The notes under the pieces are model-generated. The model was not told the DNA's origin. It did not search any database and was given only the letters and a program-made list of their open reading frames with translations. DNA of 19,254 nt. It comes from Amoebophrya sp. A120. Taxonomy: Eukaryota; Protista; Dinoflagellata. Location: NCBI GenBank assembly GCA_905178155.1, contig CAJINV010000056.1:1-19254 (forward strand), read 5' to 3'. Position numbers and translations under genes: made by a program. Within the stretch, counting starts at the first letter, position 1; each line of letters starts with the position of its first letter. Below are positions 1 to 10,500 of this stretch, piece by piece.

Positions 1-292
1 TTGAAATCGTCAAAGTTGAAATAATTTGTAATGCATAAAATGGATGCCAGTTGGAGCCCAGTTTTCAAGTGGCGCATGACAAATTTCGGTGGCCCCGAAA
101 TCCAGTTTGTCATGCTGTTTAGGCAACGAAGAGTGATTTTCTCATCCTACTTTAGCAGCTCGAGCTGTAACCCCAAACAGGCTTTACAATCGGCCTCACT
201 TGCCTGCTCTGCAACACACGTACCTCGGGTCATGCATTTTATGCATTACAAATTATTTCAACTTTGACGATTTCAAACCTGACGCTCCCATA
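1..292. mobile_element. Introner family A copy A1 (left end just outside the window), opposite orientation to A2-A5
   Basis: Bases 1-40 are the inverted complement of ~237-276; ends ..CCTGACGCTCCCATA at 292. The interior resembles the reverse complement of 3203-3510. Confidence 0.9.
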
Positions 293-3200
293 CAGCGGCG
301 CACCGACTCCGCGGACATTCTGGAGGCCGTGGTGTCCATATCCTGTGCAAAAGTATCGCACTCGTATAAATGCAAGTCTTGCATTGCAAATCCTTTTCTT
401 AAGGTAAGTCCGCATTTACAAATGATCTCATTTCTCATGCTGAGGGAATTTGTAATGCATTTATACGAGTACGATACTTTTGCAATTCATAGTCCAAACG
501 GCATTCCGTGTTCGAGAAAGCGCAGCAGGAACGGTTATGCTGTGGAAAAACGTAAGTTGAAGTTAGTACCCATAATTTTCACCCCAGAGTTGTCATGCGG
601 ATTTGCATGTAGTTTTCCTTTTCTACAATGGAATGTGTCTCATGCGCAGCCCCATGAGGTTGAGGAGCATCTTCCAAGCAGGCTCTTTTGGAATGTTTTT
701 GCTGATGCCGTACTCATCAGGATCAGGATCAGCTAAGACAGGCGATTTCTGATGTGGATATTTCACTGCGAATGCAACGGCGACTACAAGTACAACATGG
801 ACCCAAGTTTGTCATGCGTTTCTGTCTAACCTTCTGCACTTGTGTAGCAGAGTGAAGAGCATCATCAGTTTGACTATGGGGTAAGTAGTACTTCGGGTTC
901 TCTTTTACGCAGAATACCACTGGGCGTATGACGCGGCAATCAATCTAAACGCTGGCGTGGACGAGGACGAGAGCATCGACCCGACGATGAAAATGAAGAT
1001 CCCCGGCGTCCTCCCCGGCGCCGCGGGGCTGACGCTGCGGGTCTTGTCGACCGAGGGGACTAACTCGGTGGAAACCAGAGCCAAGCAGCTTGCCGCCTTT
1101 GACCAGCTTATCCTGTGCAAAAGTATCGTACTCGTAGTAATTGCAATCACGCATGACAAATTCCCCATCTTCGGCAAATCGGCACTACAAATTGTAATGC
1201 AATTTACATATACTAGTACGATACTCTTTCTCTTGCAATGCATACAGCTGGTGCAGGAGCAGATCGAGGCAATCACGAAACCCGAGGTAATGGACGAGGT
1301 CTACCGGTTCGGCCCGCCGAAGAGGGAAATAAAGACGGAGGAGGGGAGTCGGAGTCGCCGTGTGAAAGATAAACCTGAAATCATTCCAACGGAAGTAATA
1401 GAACAGCCCGAAAATAACCAGATCTTTTCCTCCAGTGCGGAAGTTACGCCGGTGCAGGAGGAGCCAGAGGATAGCGAGCTGCACGAACCGCGGGTCGTGG
1501 CGCTCTCCTCGTCCAACGACGGTGGTGGTACCAACACCCCAAGTCTCGAACCCAGTGTGAGCAACGCAGCTGCTCTACTAGAGGTGGCGGAGAATCATGA
1601 TCCCCAAACAGGCCTGCAGGAGCAGCACACACCGACTTCCAGTGCGGTCGACGGTGATGTACTGTCTTCAAACGTATCAAATGCAAAAGTGTCTGGGTCT
1701 GGAATGTTGCAGGGTTTGTCATGCATATTTTGCACGACCCAGGATGTCTGTGATGCACGACCTAGCATCACAGATTTTTAGAGGGCTTCCTGATGCCTAC
1801 TCCTTATGACAAATGCCCTCCCCGCGTAGCACAAACTAGATTCCTCTTGCTGGTCATGCAATACAGAGGTTTTTAGAGTACAAAGTTAGCTGCGTCACAA
1901 GTTCCAACCTTGCAGACCCAGACATTTTTACATTTGATAAAACGCGCCGGACAACAATTACGTGGTCGCAGGGACATCAACTGCAGCAGCTTCAAGAACC
2001 GCTGCACAGACACGGGCCACACTAGCGGGGATCATGATGGACAGGCGGCAAACGCAGACAAGTCAGTCCGGGCCCGCTAGAACAAGTAGCGCAACAACGC
2101 TGAAAAACAACGTCGATGATGTTGTTCTTTCACAGCCGCAGGAGTCGAGCAGCAAGGCCACACCGGCGTCCTCGGAAGTGGCCCCTTTTTCGCTTGCGAA
2201 CGACGTCCTCGGGGATGACGAGATGTTGAAAGAGGGGATGCGGCAGGGGTCCTCGGCGGGCTCGCAGAAAGAAATTAGAACAAGCGAGGCACCTGTTGCT
2301 GAGGGGCGAAAGAGCAGTAGAGAAATTGTAAACAACTCAGCGTCGGCAAGCAGGACGTCGAAAATATTAACTAAGCCTGTCGATGACGCAGCGGCAGTCG
2401 ATCCTGCGGCTTTGGTAGAAGGAGACGGTGGACTTCAGGTACAAGAAAGATCTTCTGCAGCTGCTGCCGAACAGCAAACCCCTGTGACCAAGGTACAACT
2501 AGTGGAGACCCAAGAAAGCAATAGCGGCGTGGCCTCGTCCGCTCCTTCGGAGCCCGCTGCACAACTCCTCGCGGGAGGTACTACGGCAGCACAAAAAGCA
2601 CCTAGTACGGAGGACAACGTAGTACACGGTCTCGTAGACGCGACCGCTTCGCAGATGACCGGAGACGAGGCAAGCGAAAGCGTCGCCGTCCCGCTTGTAG
2701 AGGGAGCGCACCAGGTATCCAGGAAAAAACACCCATCCCCATCCAATTTGTCATGCAAAACATGCATAAAGTCCACTATTTGTCATGCAAAAAATTGATG
2801 GGGATGGGTGTTTTTTCCTGGATACCAGGAACAAGAACAACAGCACAACTTCGTGTTTTACCCGGCTGCATCAAGTAGCTCCTCTGTCAAGCTTCTGAAC
2901 AGGAGTGGTCAACAACGAGGAGTTGAAGATAATAACGCCCAGCAGCCATCAACTGCATCAAGTAGAACATCGCCCTTTGAGTTTGACCAAAACGCAGCGG
3001 CCCTGTTTGACCACCAGCATCAAATCGCGTTTGGGAAACAAGTAGAACATCACGAAGAAGCTCCTGCGCCTTTTGCAACCGGGAAGACGATGCAGAAGAA
3101 GAAGCTGAAACTGGTGAACAGAAGTCGCGAGGGATCGAAGACGAGGGGGTCCGCAGCTCCGGGTGTCTCGACGACGTCAAATTTCAAACATGATACGAGC

Positions 3201-3585
3201 AGTATGGGAGTGTCAGGATTGAAATCGTCAAAGTTGAAATAGTTTGTGATGCATAAAATGCAACCCACAAAGTGCCTGTCTTGCAGAGTAGGCAAGGGAG
3301 GCAGATTGTAAGCCTGTTGCGGAGTAGAAATAGAGCTGCTAAAGTAGCATGACAAAAGGCGTCTTCCTTACTCAAACAGCATGACAGACTGGATTTCGGT
3401 TCTACTCAAATTTGTCATGCGCCGCTTGGAAATTGGGCTTCCAACTGGTATCCGTTTTATGCATCACAAATTATTTCAACTCTGACGATTTCGATTCTGA
3501 CACTCCCATAAGCAGTAGTGGTAGCAGCTCCAGTGCAAGCGCATCTTTGGCGGAGGTTTTGGCGACACAGGTACCTACTACTTAA
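293..3585 (+). CDS. Gene 1, 5'-truncated multi-exon hypothetical protein with long Ser/Ala/Glu/Gln-rich region; approximate exons 293/298-338, 497-535, 922-1108, 1250-1674, 1945-2715, 2830-3202, 3516-3585
   Basis: Removing each element plus 5 nt joins ORF pieces 957.., 1962.., 2808.. in frame: ..DILEAVVS/KRHSVFEKAQQER/WAYDAAINL..FDQL/VQEQ..LSSN/APDN..AHQ/EQEQ..DTS/SSGSS..QVPTT* (TAA 3583-3585). The 535/922 junction and the true 3' end are less certain. No family recognised. Confidence 0.75.
339..491. mobile_element. Introner family B copy B1 (153 bp)
   Basis: TATCCTGTGCAAAAGTATCGCACTCGTATAAATGCA ... TGCATTTATACGAGTACGATACTTTTGCAATTCATA; TSD GTCCA at 334-338 and 492-496. Confidence 0.92.
536..916. 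mobile_element. Probable degenerate introner L1 (381 bp)
   Basis: TATGCTG..CAGAATA ends with weak TIR; TTGTCATGC motifs at ~590 and ~809. Removal plus 5 nt restores frame (QER/WAYD). TSD poor (ACGGT/CCACT). Confidence 0.5.
1109..1244. mobile_element. Introner family B copy B2 (136 bp)
   Basis: Same left end as B1 (TATCCTGTGCAAAAGTATCG); ends ..TGCATA; TSD CAGCT at 1104-1108 and 1245-1249. Confidence 0.92.
1675..1939. mobile_element. Introner C1 (265 bp)
   Basis: TATCAAATGCAAAAGTGTCTGGGTCTG ... CAGACCCAGACATTTTTACATTTGATA; TSD AAACG at 1670-1674 and 1940-1944; 270-nt removal joins ORFs 957 and 1962. Confidence 0.93.
2716..2824. mobile_element. Introner D1 (109 bp), removable as canonical GT-AG intron 2715-2828
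   Basis: Perfect 28-bp TIR TATCCAGGAAAAAACACCCATCCCCATC; TSD CCAGG at 2711-2715 and 2825-2829; two internal TTTGTCATGC. Confidence 0.95.
3203..3510. mobile_element. Introner family A copy A2 (308 bp)
   Basis: TATGGGAGTGTCAGGATTGAAATCGTC ... GACGATTTCGATTCTGACACTCCCATA; TIR ~55 bp; TSD AGCAG at 3198-3202 and 3511-3515. Confidence 0.95.
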
Positions 3586-4399
3586 CTCAAAACCGCCTTA
3601 GAAAGTAATCATTTCTTAACGAATTCAGAATGAATTCAGAATTCCAGCAATTTTACACTTTGGCTCGACGTTTTAGGGGCCTGAGTCCTCGCGCCTGGTT
3701 ATCGATCGACGGAGCATCAACGTGCCCCTAGGTGGCTACAAAACGGGCTTCGTCGTTGCTATTCAAAGCGATTTGGGGATCTGTCACGCGCTTGATTTCT
3801 CAAGGGTGGCGGCCTCACGTACGACACAGCGGCAGTTACAGCCCCGCTGCTGCCGTTTTTCCTGCTACATGCGTCATGCCCACGATACTGCTCTAGAATG
3901 TAGCCGAGCGCGCCGCGGCTTCATACAGCGCATCGCAGCACAGGGCCGGCTTCAGAAGGCCGCCTGGGTTTGTAGCGCACCCATTCGCGCCGAGGCTTCC
4001 TACAGATATACACAAAGCAAGCCCTCAGCTGGTGGCGAGGTTTTCATGCGTCAACTATTCTGCAAGACGAAATAGGGCGTGTGGGGGCCCTTCGACTTTC
4101 CTGCTTCGGGCCGCCACTGTATAAGCGTCTTCATGCGCGAAAGACAGGGACTTTCTTGGTCTGGCAAGATTCTGCAGCAATTCAACGCCATTGCTGCCCC
4201 CAACGTCATGGCCTTGCACGCCGCCAGCCGCGCACTTGCCTCTGGCGAATGGGCCCTGATTCCCGGGTCATGAAAGACCGCAGGCCATAGCGAGGAACCA
4301 CCCTGGCCTGTGTTTTTTTCGAGGGAAGCGGCCCGGCGTCCAGCTAGGTCATTGAAGAAAAGGCGGGCCAGCGAGCATCTTGCGGAAGGGTCCGACACC

Positions 4400-4509
4400 A
4401 ATTTCTAAATTAAGTTGGAAAAGAGTTGAAAAAAGTTGGATCAGAGATTTCAAGTGGGGGAAAGCTTTCCAACTATTTCCAAACTCGTTTCCAACTTAAT
4501 TCTGAAATT
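4400..4509. repeat. Inverted repeat (22-bp arms) abutting the 30-bp array
   Basis: AATTTCTAAATTAAGTTGGAAA (4400-4421) versus TTTCCAACTTAATTCTGAAATT (4488-4509); extra GTTGGA/TCCAAC copies inside. Confidence 0.75.
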
Positions 4510-4675
4510 GTCCCGGGCCGCCAATTAAATTCTGAAATTGATTGAGGGCGCCAATTAAATTCTGAATTCCCTATCGGCCGCCAATTAAATTCTGAAATCT
4601 ATCTTGGCCGCCTATTAAATTCTGAAATCCCCTCCGCCGCCCAATTTTATTCTGAATCTGGTCCGCCCGGCCCAA
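4491..4675. repeat. Tandem array, exact 30-bp period, ~6 units: conserved CCGCCAATTAAATTCTGAAAT plus ~9 variable nt
   Basis: TCTGAA starts at 4501, 4531, 4561, 4591, 4621 and 4651. Confidence 0.9.
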
Positions 4676-4961
4676 TGCGTTCTTGTAAAACAAGTACGCC
4701 ATTGTCGAGGCTTTTGGTCGTTTCGCATCTATCAAAAGGGAGCAAAATGATTGCCGGGGCTCTGTTTCGCTGCATCATCTTGCTTGCGTATTTGCTTCTT
4801 GGGATCTGGCATCGTGAGTTCCATGGGCTCCGGGCCAGAGGGGCTTCGCGCCGACCGAGGGACCTGGGATGTCTTTTCCGACACCTTGTCCAATCCGGTC
4901 CGCATTTTGTGCGCGTATTTTTTTGTGATCGTCGGGGCCCCTCGAGCGAGCGACGCTTGCA

Positions 4962-5037
4962 AGTAGTGGTAGCAGCTCCAGTGCAAGCGCATCTTTGGCG
5001 GAGGTTTTGGGGTCGGCGACAGAGGTACCTACTACTT
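4962..5037 (+). repeat. Direct duplicate of the last exon of gene 1 (3514-3583)
   Basis: 49-bp identity AGTAGTGGTAGC...GAGGTTTTGG (3514-3562 = 4962-5010), then GCGACA(C/G)AGGTACCTACTACTT in both with a 6-nt indel. Confidence 0.9.
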
Positions 5038-5230
5038 TAGCTACATCATTTATTGGATTGTCGTACGAGAGATACGTACTGGTAACACGATTTTTCTGCA
5101 ACCTGTTTCATCATGTTGTGGCAACTGCTGTGGTGGTCCGAGACATCGATAGTTTTACGCCTGCTTACTACGTTTTCCCATGAAGATGTGGGTAAAAAGA
5201 ACAAAGATTAATCATATGTCTTTCGTTCAG

Positions 5231-6006
5231 CCCGCGCCCCTTCCTGACTGGAAGTACGAGCATCCAAAGCGACTGTATCGAAGAAAAAAACTGTGTAAGT
5301 GTAACTTTCTTGCAGGAGCAGCATCATAGATTTGTTTTGCATGACAGAAAACTTGTCATGCGTAGCTAGTACGCTAAAACACGTACTAAAATAGCCTCTG
5401 ATGCATATGCGGCGTGACAAGGCGTGTAACTGTATTGCAACATCTGCAAGACAAAGTTACACTTACACAGTTTTTTTCTTGCATAGCCTGACACCAACGA
5501 CCAGTGCGACCAACAAACCGGGTTCCGCCAGCACGATCCCACCCGGCTACGACGAAGCAGTGGATGTGACCAGTCGCGACGAGTTCTCAAACGCACTACA
5601 ACATCAGAGCAGAAAACTCTACTCCCGCGGAGATGAAGAAGAGAAAACAGCTTCGAAAACATCATCTTCGGCTTCTTCGAAAAGCAGAAGTAACACCAGA
5701 AAGGACAAACTTAAGACTTCCAAGACAGCGGCAGGAAGAACTTCTTCTACAAGTGGCGCTCCTGCTGCACCCGCAACGTCGAGCAGTCGTGTGTTGGAGT
5801 TGTACCACCGAGCTGCAAAAAGTTTCAGCCCAGACGGGGTGACGGGGGCGAATTCTGATTTGGTACAACGTCAGAGCAGTCAGAATGCTAGGCGACATGA
5901 GGAGGTGGAGGTGGAACCAGAGGACGCTTGGTCCGCGAGCATGGCCGAAAAGTTCGAGCATGTTCTGCACCGAAAAGAGGCTTTGCTGGAGGAAATGTCC
6001 AAATAA
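5231..6006 (+). CDS. Gene 2 or terminal exons of gene 1; Ser/Thr/Lys-rich hypothetical protein, exons ~5231-5274 and ~5487-6006, 5' end unresolved
   Basis: Acceptor-like TTTCGTTCAG at 5221-5230; PAPLPDWKYEHPKRL joins LTPTTSATNKPG..EEMSK* (TAA 6004-6006) after E1 removal. Confidence 0.55.
5276..5485. mobile_element. Introner E1 (210 bp)
   Basis: TATCGAAGAAAAAAACTGTGTAAGTGTAACTTT ... AAAGTTACACTTACACAGTTTTTTTCTTGCATA; TSD GACTG/GCCTG (4 of 5). Confidence 0.9.
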
Positions 6007-6894
6007 AGAAAAACGCGGAAAAACCGAAAAATCGAGATTGAAAATGTCTGAGAAAATTTAGTTTTATGATTCTTGGGAAAATGCCAAAAGAGACAAGCTA
6101 TTCTACTTTTCAAAACAAGTAGGTCCTGACGAATTCGTTTCAGTTTCAGTTTCAAGTATAAACAAGTCAAAAACGAAAACGTACTTACGACTTGCTGCCA
6201 AAATGTCCGACCAATTGAAGGCAGTGGTTTGATATCTGGCCAAATGTTAAATGGTAATGCTGCAACATCTGCGAGCAGGACAGGCACAGGATGCAATACT
6301 TGAAAACAGCTACAACTACTAGAATCCGCATGATATATATGATGAGTGAAGACAGTTGTCAGCATTGGCGCCACTTGTACTTCTGAAACAAGCAACCATT
6401 CCAGCACTGCGGGCGCAGTGGATACAACGAACTTACTAAGCTCTTGGTTTCTCCCCGTCCGCCTTTACTTACTTGTAACGGGTATATTTTGCTTGTTCGG
6501 ACAGAAGCTGCGAAGTTATTTTTTCGCGGATTCATTCTTGAGTGTCCAATGTCGTTGTGGCGAGATTTGAATTTCGCTTTGGTTTCGCGCTCCGATCGTT
6601 GTTTCCAGCTCGCCATACCAACGAATTTGAATCGATAGTCGAGATCGTATTGTCGTCTAGTATCGTAATATGTTTCAGTTACAGTTTCACAAAATCGATA
6701 TAAAACGTATCTTGCGCATCAAAGTTGATGAATACAAGGTTCCACGTAGTAGTACCCGCTTCCGCAGTGTGGGTTCGTGAGCGCGAGATTTGTGCGAAAA
6801 ATGGGTAGACCTAGACTCGACAACATCCTGGAGACTAGTAAAAAAATCGGTTTATTTCTCGACGTCGTGGGACTCGTACACTGCAAATGCAAAT

Positions 6895-7201
6895 TATGGA
6901 TGTGTCAGGATCGAAATCGACAAAGTCGAAAAATTTGTAATGCGTAGAATGTAGGGCAAGTAAGGCCTGTGTTGGGGAGTAGGCAAATGAGACGGATTGC
7001 AAGCCTGATTACGGGAAGGCGATGTGCTGCCGGAGCAGCACACCAGGAGCAGTCTTCTTTGCCCAAACAGCATGACAGACTGGATTTTGGTGCTCCCGAA
7101 ATTTGTCATGCGCCACTTGGAAACTGAGGCTCCAAGTGGTATCGATTTTATGCATCACAAATTATTTCGATTTTGTTGATTTCGATTCTGACACTCCCAT
7201 A
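6895..7201. mobile_element. Family A copy A3 (307 bp), apparently outside a long CDS
   Basis: TATGGATGTGTCAGGATCGAAATC ... GATTTCGATTCTGACACTCCCATA; TSD CAAAT at 6890-6894 and 7202-7206. Confidence 0.95.
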
Positions 7202-7595
7202 CAAATCTAGATCTACACACTGTTTTCGTCGTGACTTCGCTCGCAGTTCTCTCGATCATGAAATTATACAGCGAAGATGAGTAATATGAGATGCAATCCT
7301 CCATGTCGTGCACCGAGGTTTACGTTTAGATAGCATGGGACGGGCTATGGAGGGCGAGGGGTTGCGATACTGTAAGTGGGGGTTTGTTGAAGAATGCGAG
7401 AAATCGTCTTGCAAGCCAAATCCTCCTGAAGTACGACTTGCTTCTGGATCGTGCAGTCACAAATGCTGAGATAAAACAAAAAAACAAAATAGGCGGCAAC
7501 ATATCAAACAGTGTCTCTACTGTTGATAGAAAATGACGACCGCCACTTAGGGCGGGCTGTACCTAATGATTGTGTAGCGAATAATTATCCACCGA

Positions 7596-10500
7596 ATGAT
7601 CATGGGCGCTGTGCTAGGTAGAATTCTGGTTCACGGTGTCGCGGGTGCCGCGTGCTTCGCCACTGCCCGAAAAGTTGTCACAAAGAACGAGAAGGAGACT
7701 ACACTTCTGCATGCAGAGGACGGTGGTGTCGACGACCTCCTGGGCGGGTTGCTAAATGTAGACAACCTGGCGTACTATGATGCAGCGCTGAACATGTTAC
7801 CCGCAGGCGCAGACGCGGCCCCAACGGCGGACGAGACAGAGGCGTTGCATGATGCGGTGGCCGAGATACTGAATTTGGATGGATTATGGATGTGTCAGGA
7901 TCGAAATCGACAAAGTCGAAAAAATGCATAAAATGTACGTCACTGAAGGCCTGTATTGGGGAGCAGGCAAATGAGACCGATTGCAAGCCTGTTTAGGGGT
8001 ATAAAATGTTCTGCCAGAGTAGCACGACAGGGGGAGTCTTCTTTGCCCAAACAGCATGACAGACTGGATTTGGGTGCTTCCGAAATTCGTCATGCGCCAC
8101 TTGGAAACTGAGGCTCCAACTGACATCGATTTTGTGCATTACAAATTTTGCGATTTTGTCAATTTCGATTCTGACACTTCCATATGGACCTGAAGACGCC
8201 AAGGAGTTGGAAAAAACACTCGCCGATGGCATCACCGGCGAGGAGCTGCAAAAGGCACTCGATGTTGAGAACGACAGGGACGCAGCGCGCGAGTTGGCGG
8301 ACAAATTCCAAGAGCATTGGCTGGCCGAGAACACGGGCGATAGTGGCGCATTTGACGGTTCGAAAGGCCCGCCCTACCCCTCGGACACCTACAAGAGCGC
8401 GGAGTATGGGTATGCCCACATCGGAGACGGCAAACTGCCCATCGAGGAAGACGAATGGCGAAAGGCCCATCCCAGAAGCTGGAAGGCGGGTGATTTCTTT
8501 ATGGCTGATAAGAACCAAGACAATGAGATCGATGGTATGGATGTGTCAGGATTGAAATCGCCAAAGTTGGAATGATTTGTCACGCAAATAATGCAGCCCA
8601 CAAAGAAACAAAGTGCCTGTCTTGCAGAGTAGGCAAGTGAGGCACATTGTAAGCCTGTTGAGGGGTAGCAACTGAGGTGCTAAAATAGCATGACAGGAGC
8701 AGTCTTCTTTGCCGAAACAGCATGACAGACTGGATTTCGGCTCTGCCCAAATTTGTCATGCACCGCTTGAAAATTGTAATTGGGCTTCTGACTGGTATCG
8801 ATATTATGCATTGCCTTTGTCGATTTCAATCCTGACACTCCCATAGAGGTGGAGGTGCAGGACGAACTACTCGCCTTGCAGGAGGAGCAGCACGGCCTGG
8901 ACTCCAACCAGGCGTTGCACATCGGCATCGATGGTCTTACCAGGGCGCAGAAAGACGCACTACACCTTGGACCGGCGCAAACCCTCGACGAAGACAAGGC
9001 TCTGCTGAAAGCGGCAGCGGATCTGAAAATCGACGTCAGCGACGGGACGATTACCTCTGAGGAGTTGAAACAACATCTGCACACCGAATCCGAAAGTGAT
9101 ATGGGACACTCAAACGTTACATTCTCAACTGTTACATGAATTTGTCATGCAAAAGCACCTTAAGCTGGCAGATGATCAGGCTGCTTCGCATGACAAATTT
9201 CGCTCAAGTTGATAGAGTGTTTACACAAAGGAGATAGACGCGACTCTCCTGCGGCGCGCTTCTAGCGCCGTTCTTCAACTTCTTTCGCACATGAAGATGA
9301 TGCAGCGTAGTACTTCCCGTTCCCTGCTTCTTTTCGCATTGCTCTCATCGTCCTTCACCTCCATTGCCTCGGCAGTATCTCTACAGAGGTCCTCGTCTTT
9401 CCCAAGCGCAAGTACTACCAACCCGCCCCATCAAGCAGGTCAAACACCCATCAACCCGAACTTGCCGGACCTACCCCGAGGACAAGCACATTTTCAGTCT
9501 CAACAGCAGCCCCGTTTTGCAGCAGGAAGCGCAGCAGGAGGAACTGCCGCAGGAACTGGTGTTCAGGGGTCTGCAGGAGGAGCACAGGTTCCCCCCGGCC
9601 ATCATCTACAACACCATGTAGGCCACAGTCAACAACAACACCAACATATTGATGAAAAGAACCACAACCCGAAGAACAGCAAAACTCCAACTCCGCCAAC
9701 AGCAACAGGTGGTATTGCCGCGTCCTACTTCAACGCGTTTTCTTGTACTTCAGAGGACCTGATCCAACCCGCATCCTCCCTCCTTTGCAGCTCTCACCAC
9801 AGCTACAACCACCGGCAGGCGTCCAAAGCCTCCGCTTGCTCCACGGCGGCATCCTCGACTGGTTGTAGTGTTCCAGCCACAGTCGCAGCCGAAGTGCGCA
9901 ATGCCAAGCGGACTAACAACCAGCACCCCGTTATCATATGTAAAAGCATCCCCACACCATAGTCAAGATGGGACCTCTGCAACACAAATCCCCAAGTTTT
10001 GGGAGTTCTGCATGACAAATTTGGCCCCATAGTGCAATCCTGTTTAGCTAGTTCAGAAGCATCACAGATCTAGCATATCATGCAGATTGGAGCATGACAA
10101 ATCGCGAAACACGACTAAAGCATGCCTCTCATGGGGCTCCGCATGAGAAACATTTTTACCATGCAGATTTGCATGACAACTCTGGGGTTGCGAGTTGGAA
10201 GTTTGCGAGTTGGAAGTTTGCGAGAATCAGAGTAAGGAATTGTTGGCAAAAAAGTGAGGCGTTGTTCTGTTGGCAAGTGGGCACAAGTTGGCACAGTATG
10301 GCTGTTGGCACAGTATGGATATGGTTGGTGGCGATAACAGAGTTGGAATATAGTGGCCGGGAGATGATGGTGATGGCACTTTGGCGTCCGCCTGACCCAC
10401 CCGCCCTGCGTCTCAAGCCATCTGCGGCCATGGCACAATGGGGGGGCAAAGTGTGTCGCATTTTGTTTAGCATGACAAATTTCGCTTGGGCTAAACAGCA

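Noticed and set aside
31-736. ORFs 31-267, 200-736, 253-438 and similar recurring peptides (MTNFG..IQSVMLF, SGLKSSKLK)
   Set aside because: Translations of introner copies; the similarity reflects the repeat, not a protein family.
552-912. Canonical-looking intron GTAAGT (552) to CGCAG (912)
   Set aside because: In the inferred frame the join hits TGA within 6 codons, whereas the element-plus-5 join is open. An internal exon near 740-800 cannot be fully excluded.
3659-3667. TTTGGCTC resembling part of the dinoflagellate spliced leader
   Set aside because: Only about 8 nt match, as expected by chance.
3722-4401. ORFs of 64-117 aa as a possible transposase
   Set aside because: No recognisable DDE, HUH, tyrosine recombinase or RT motifs; non-ATG starts.
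4491-4675. CRISPR-like repeat/spacer pattern
   Set aside because: Spacers are only ~9 nt, there are no cas genes and the context is eukaryotic.
5880-6640. Several 64-175-aa ORFs after gene 2
   Set aside because: Overlapping on both strands in AT-rich sequence without the codon character of neighbouring exons; probably UTR or intergenic.
9100-9214. Short intron ending at ..GATA 9214 that would fuse gene 3 to the cargo ORF
   Set aside because: No TIR or TSD match, and the element-plus-5 join reaches TAG before 9291.
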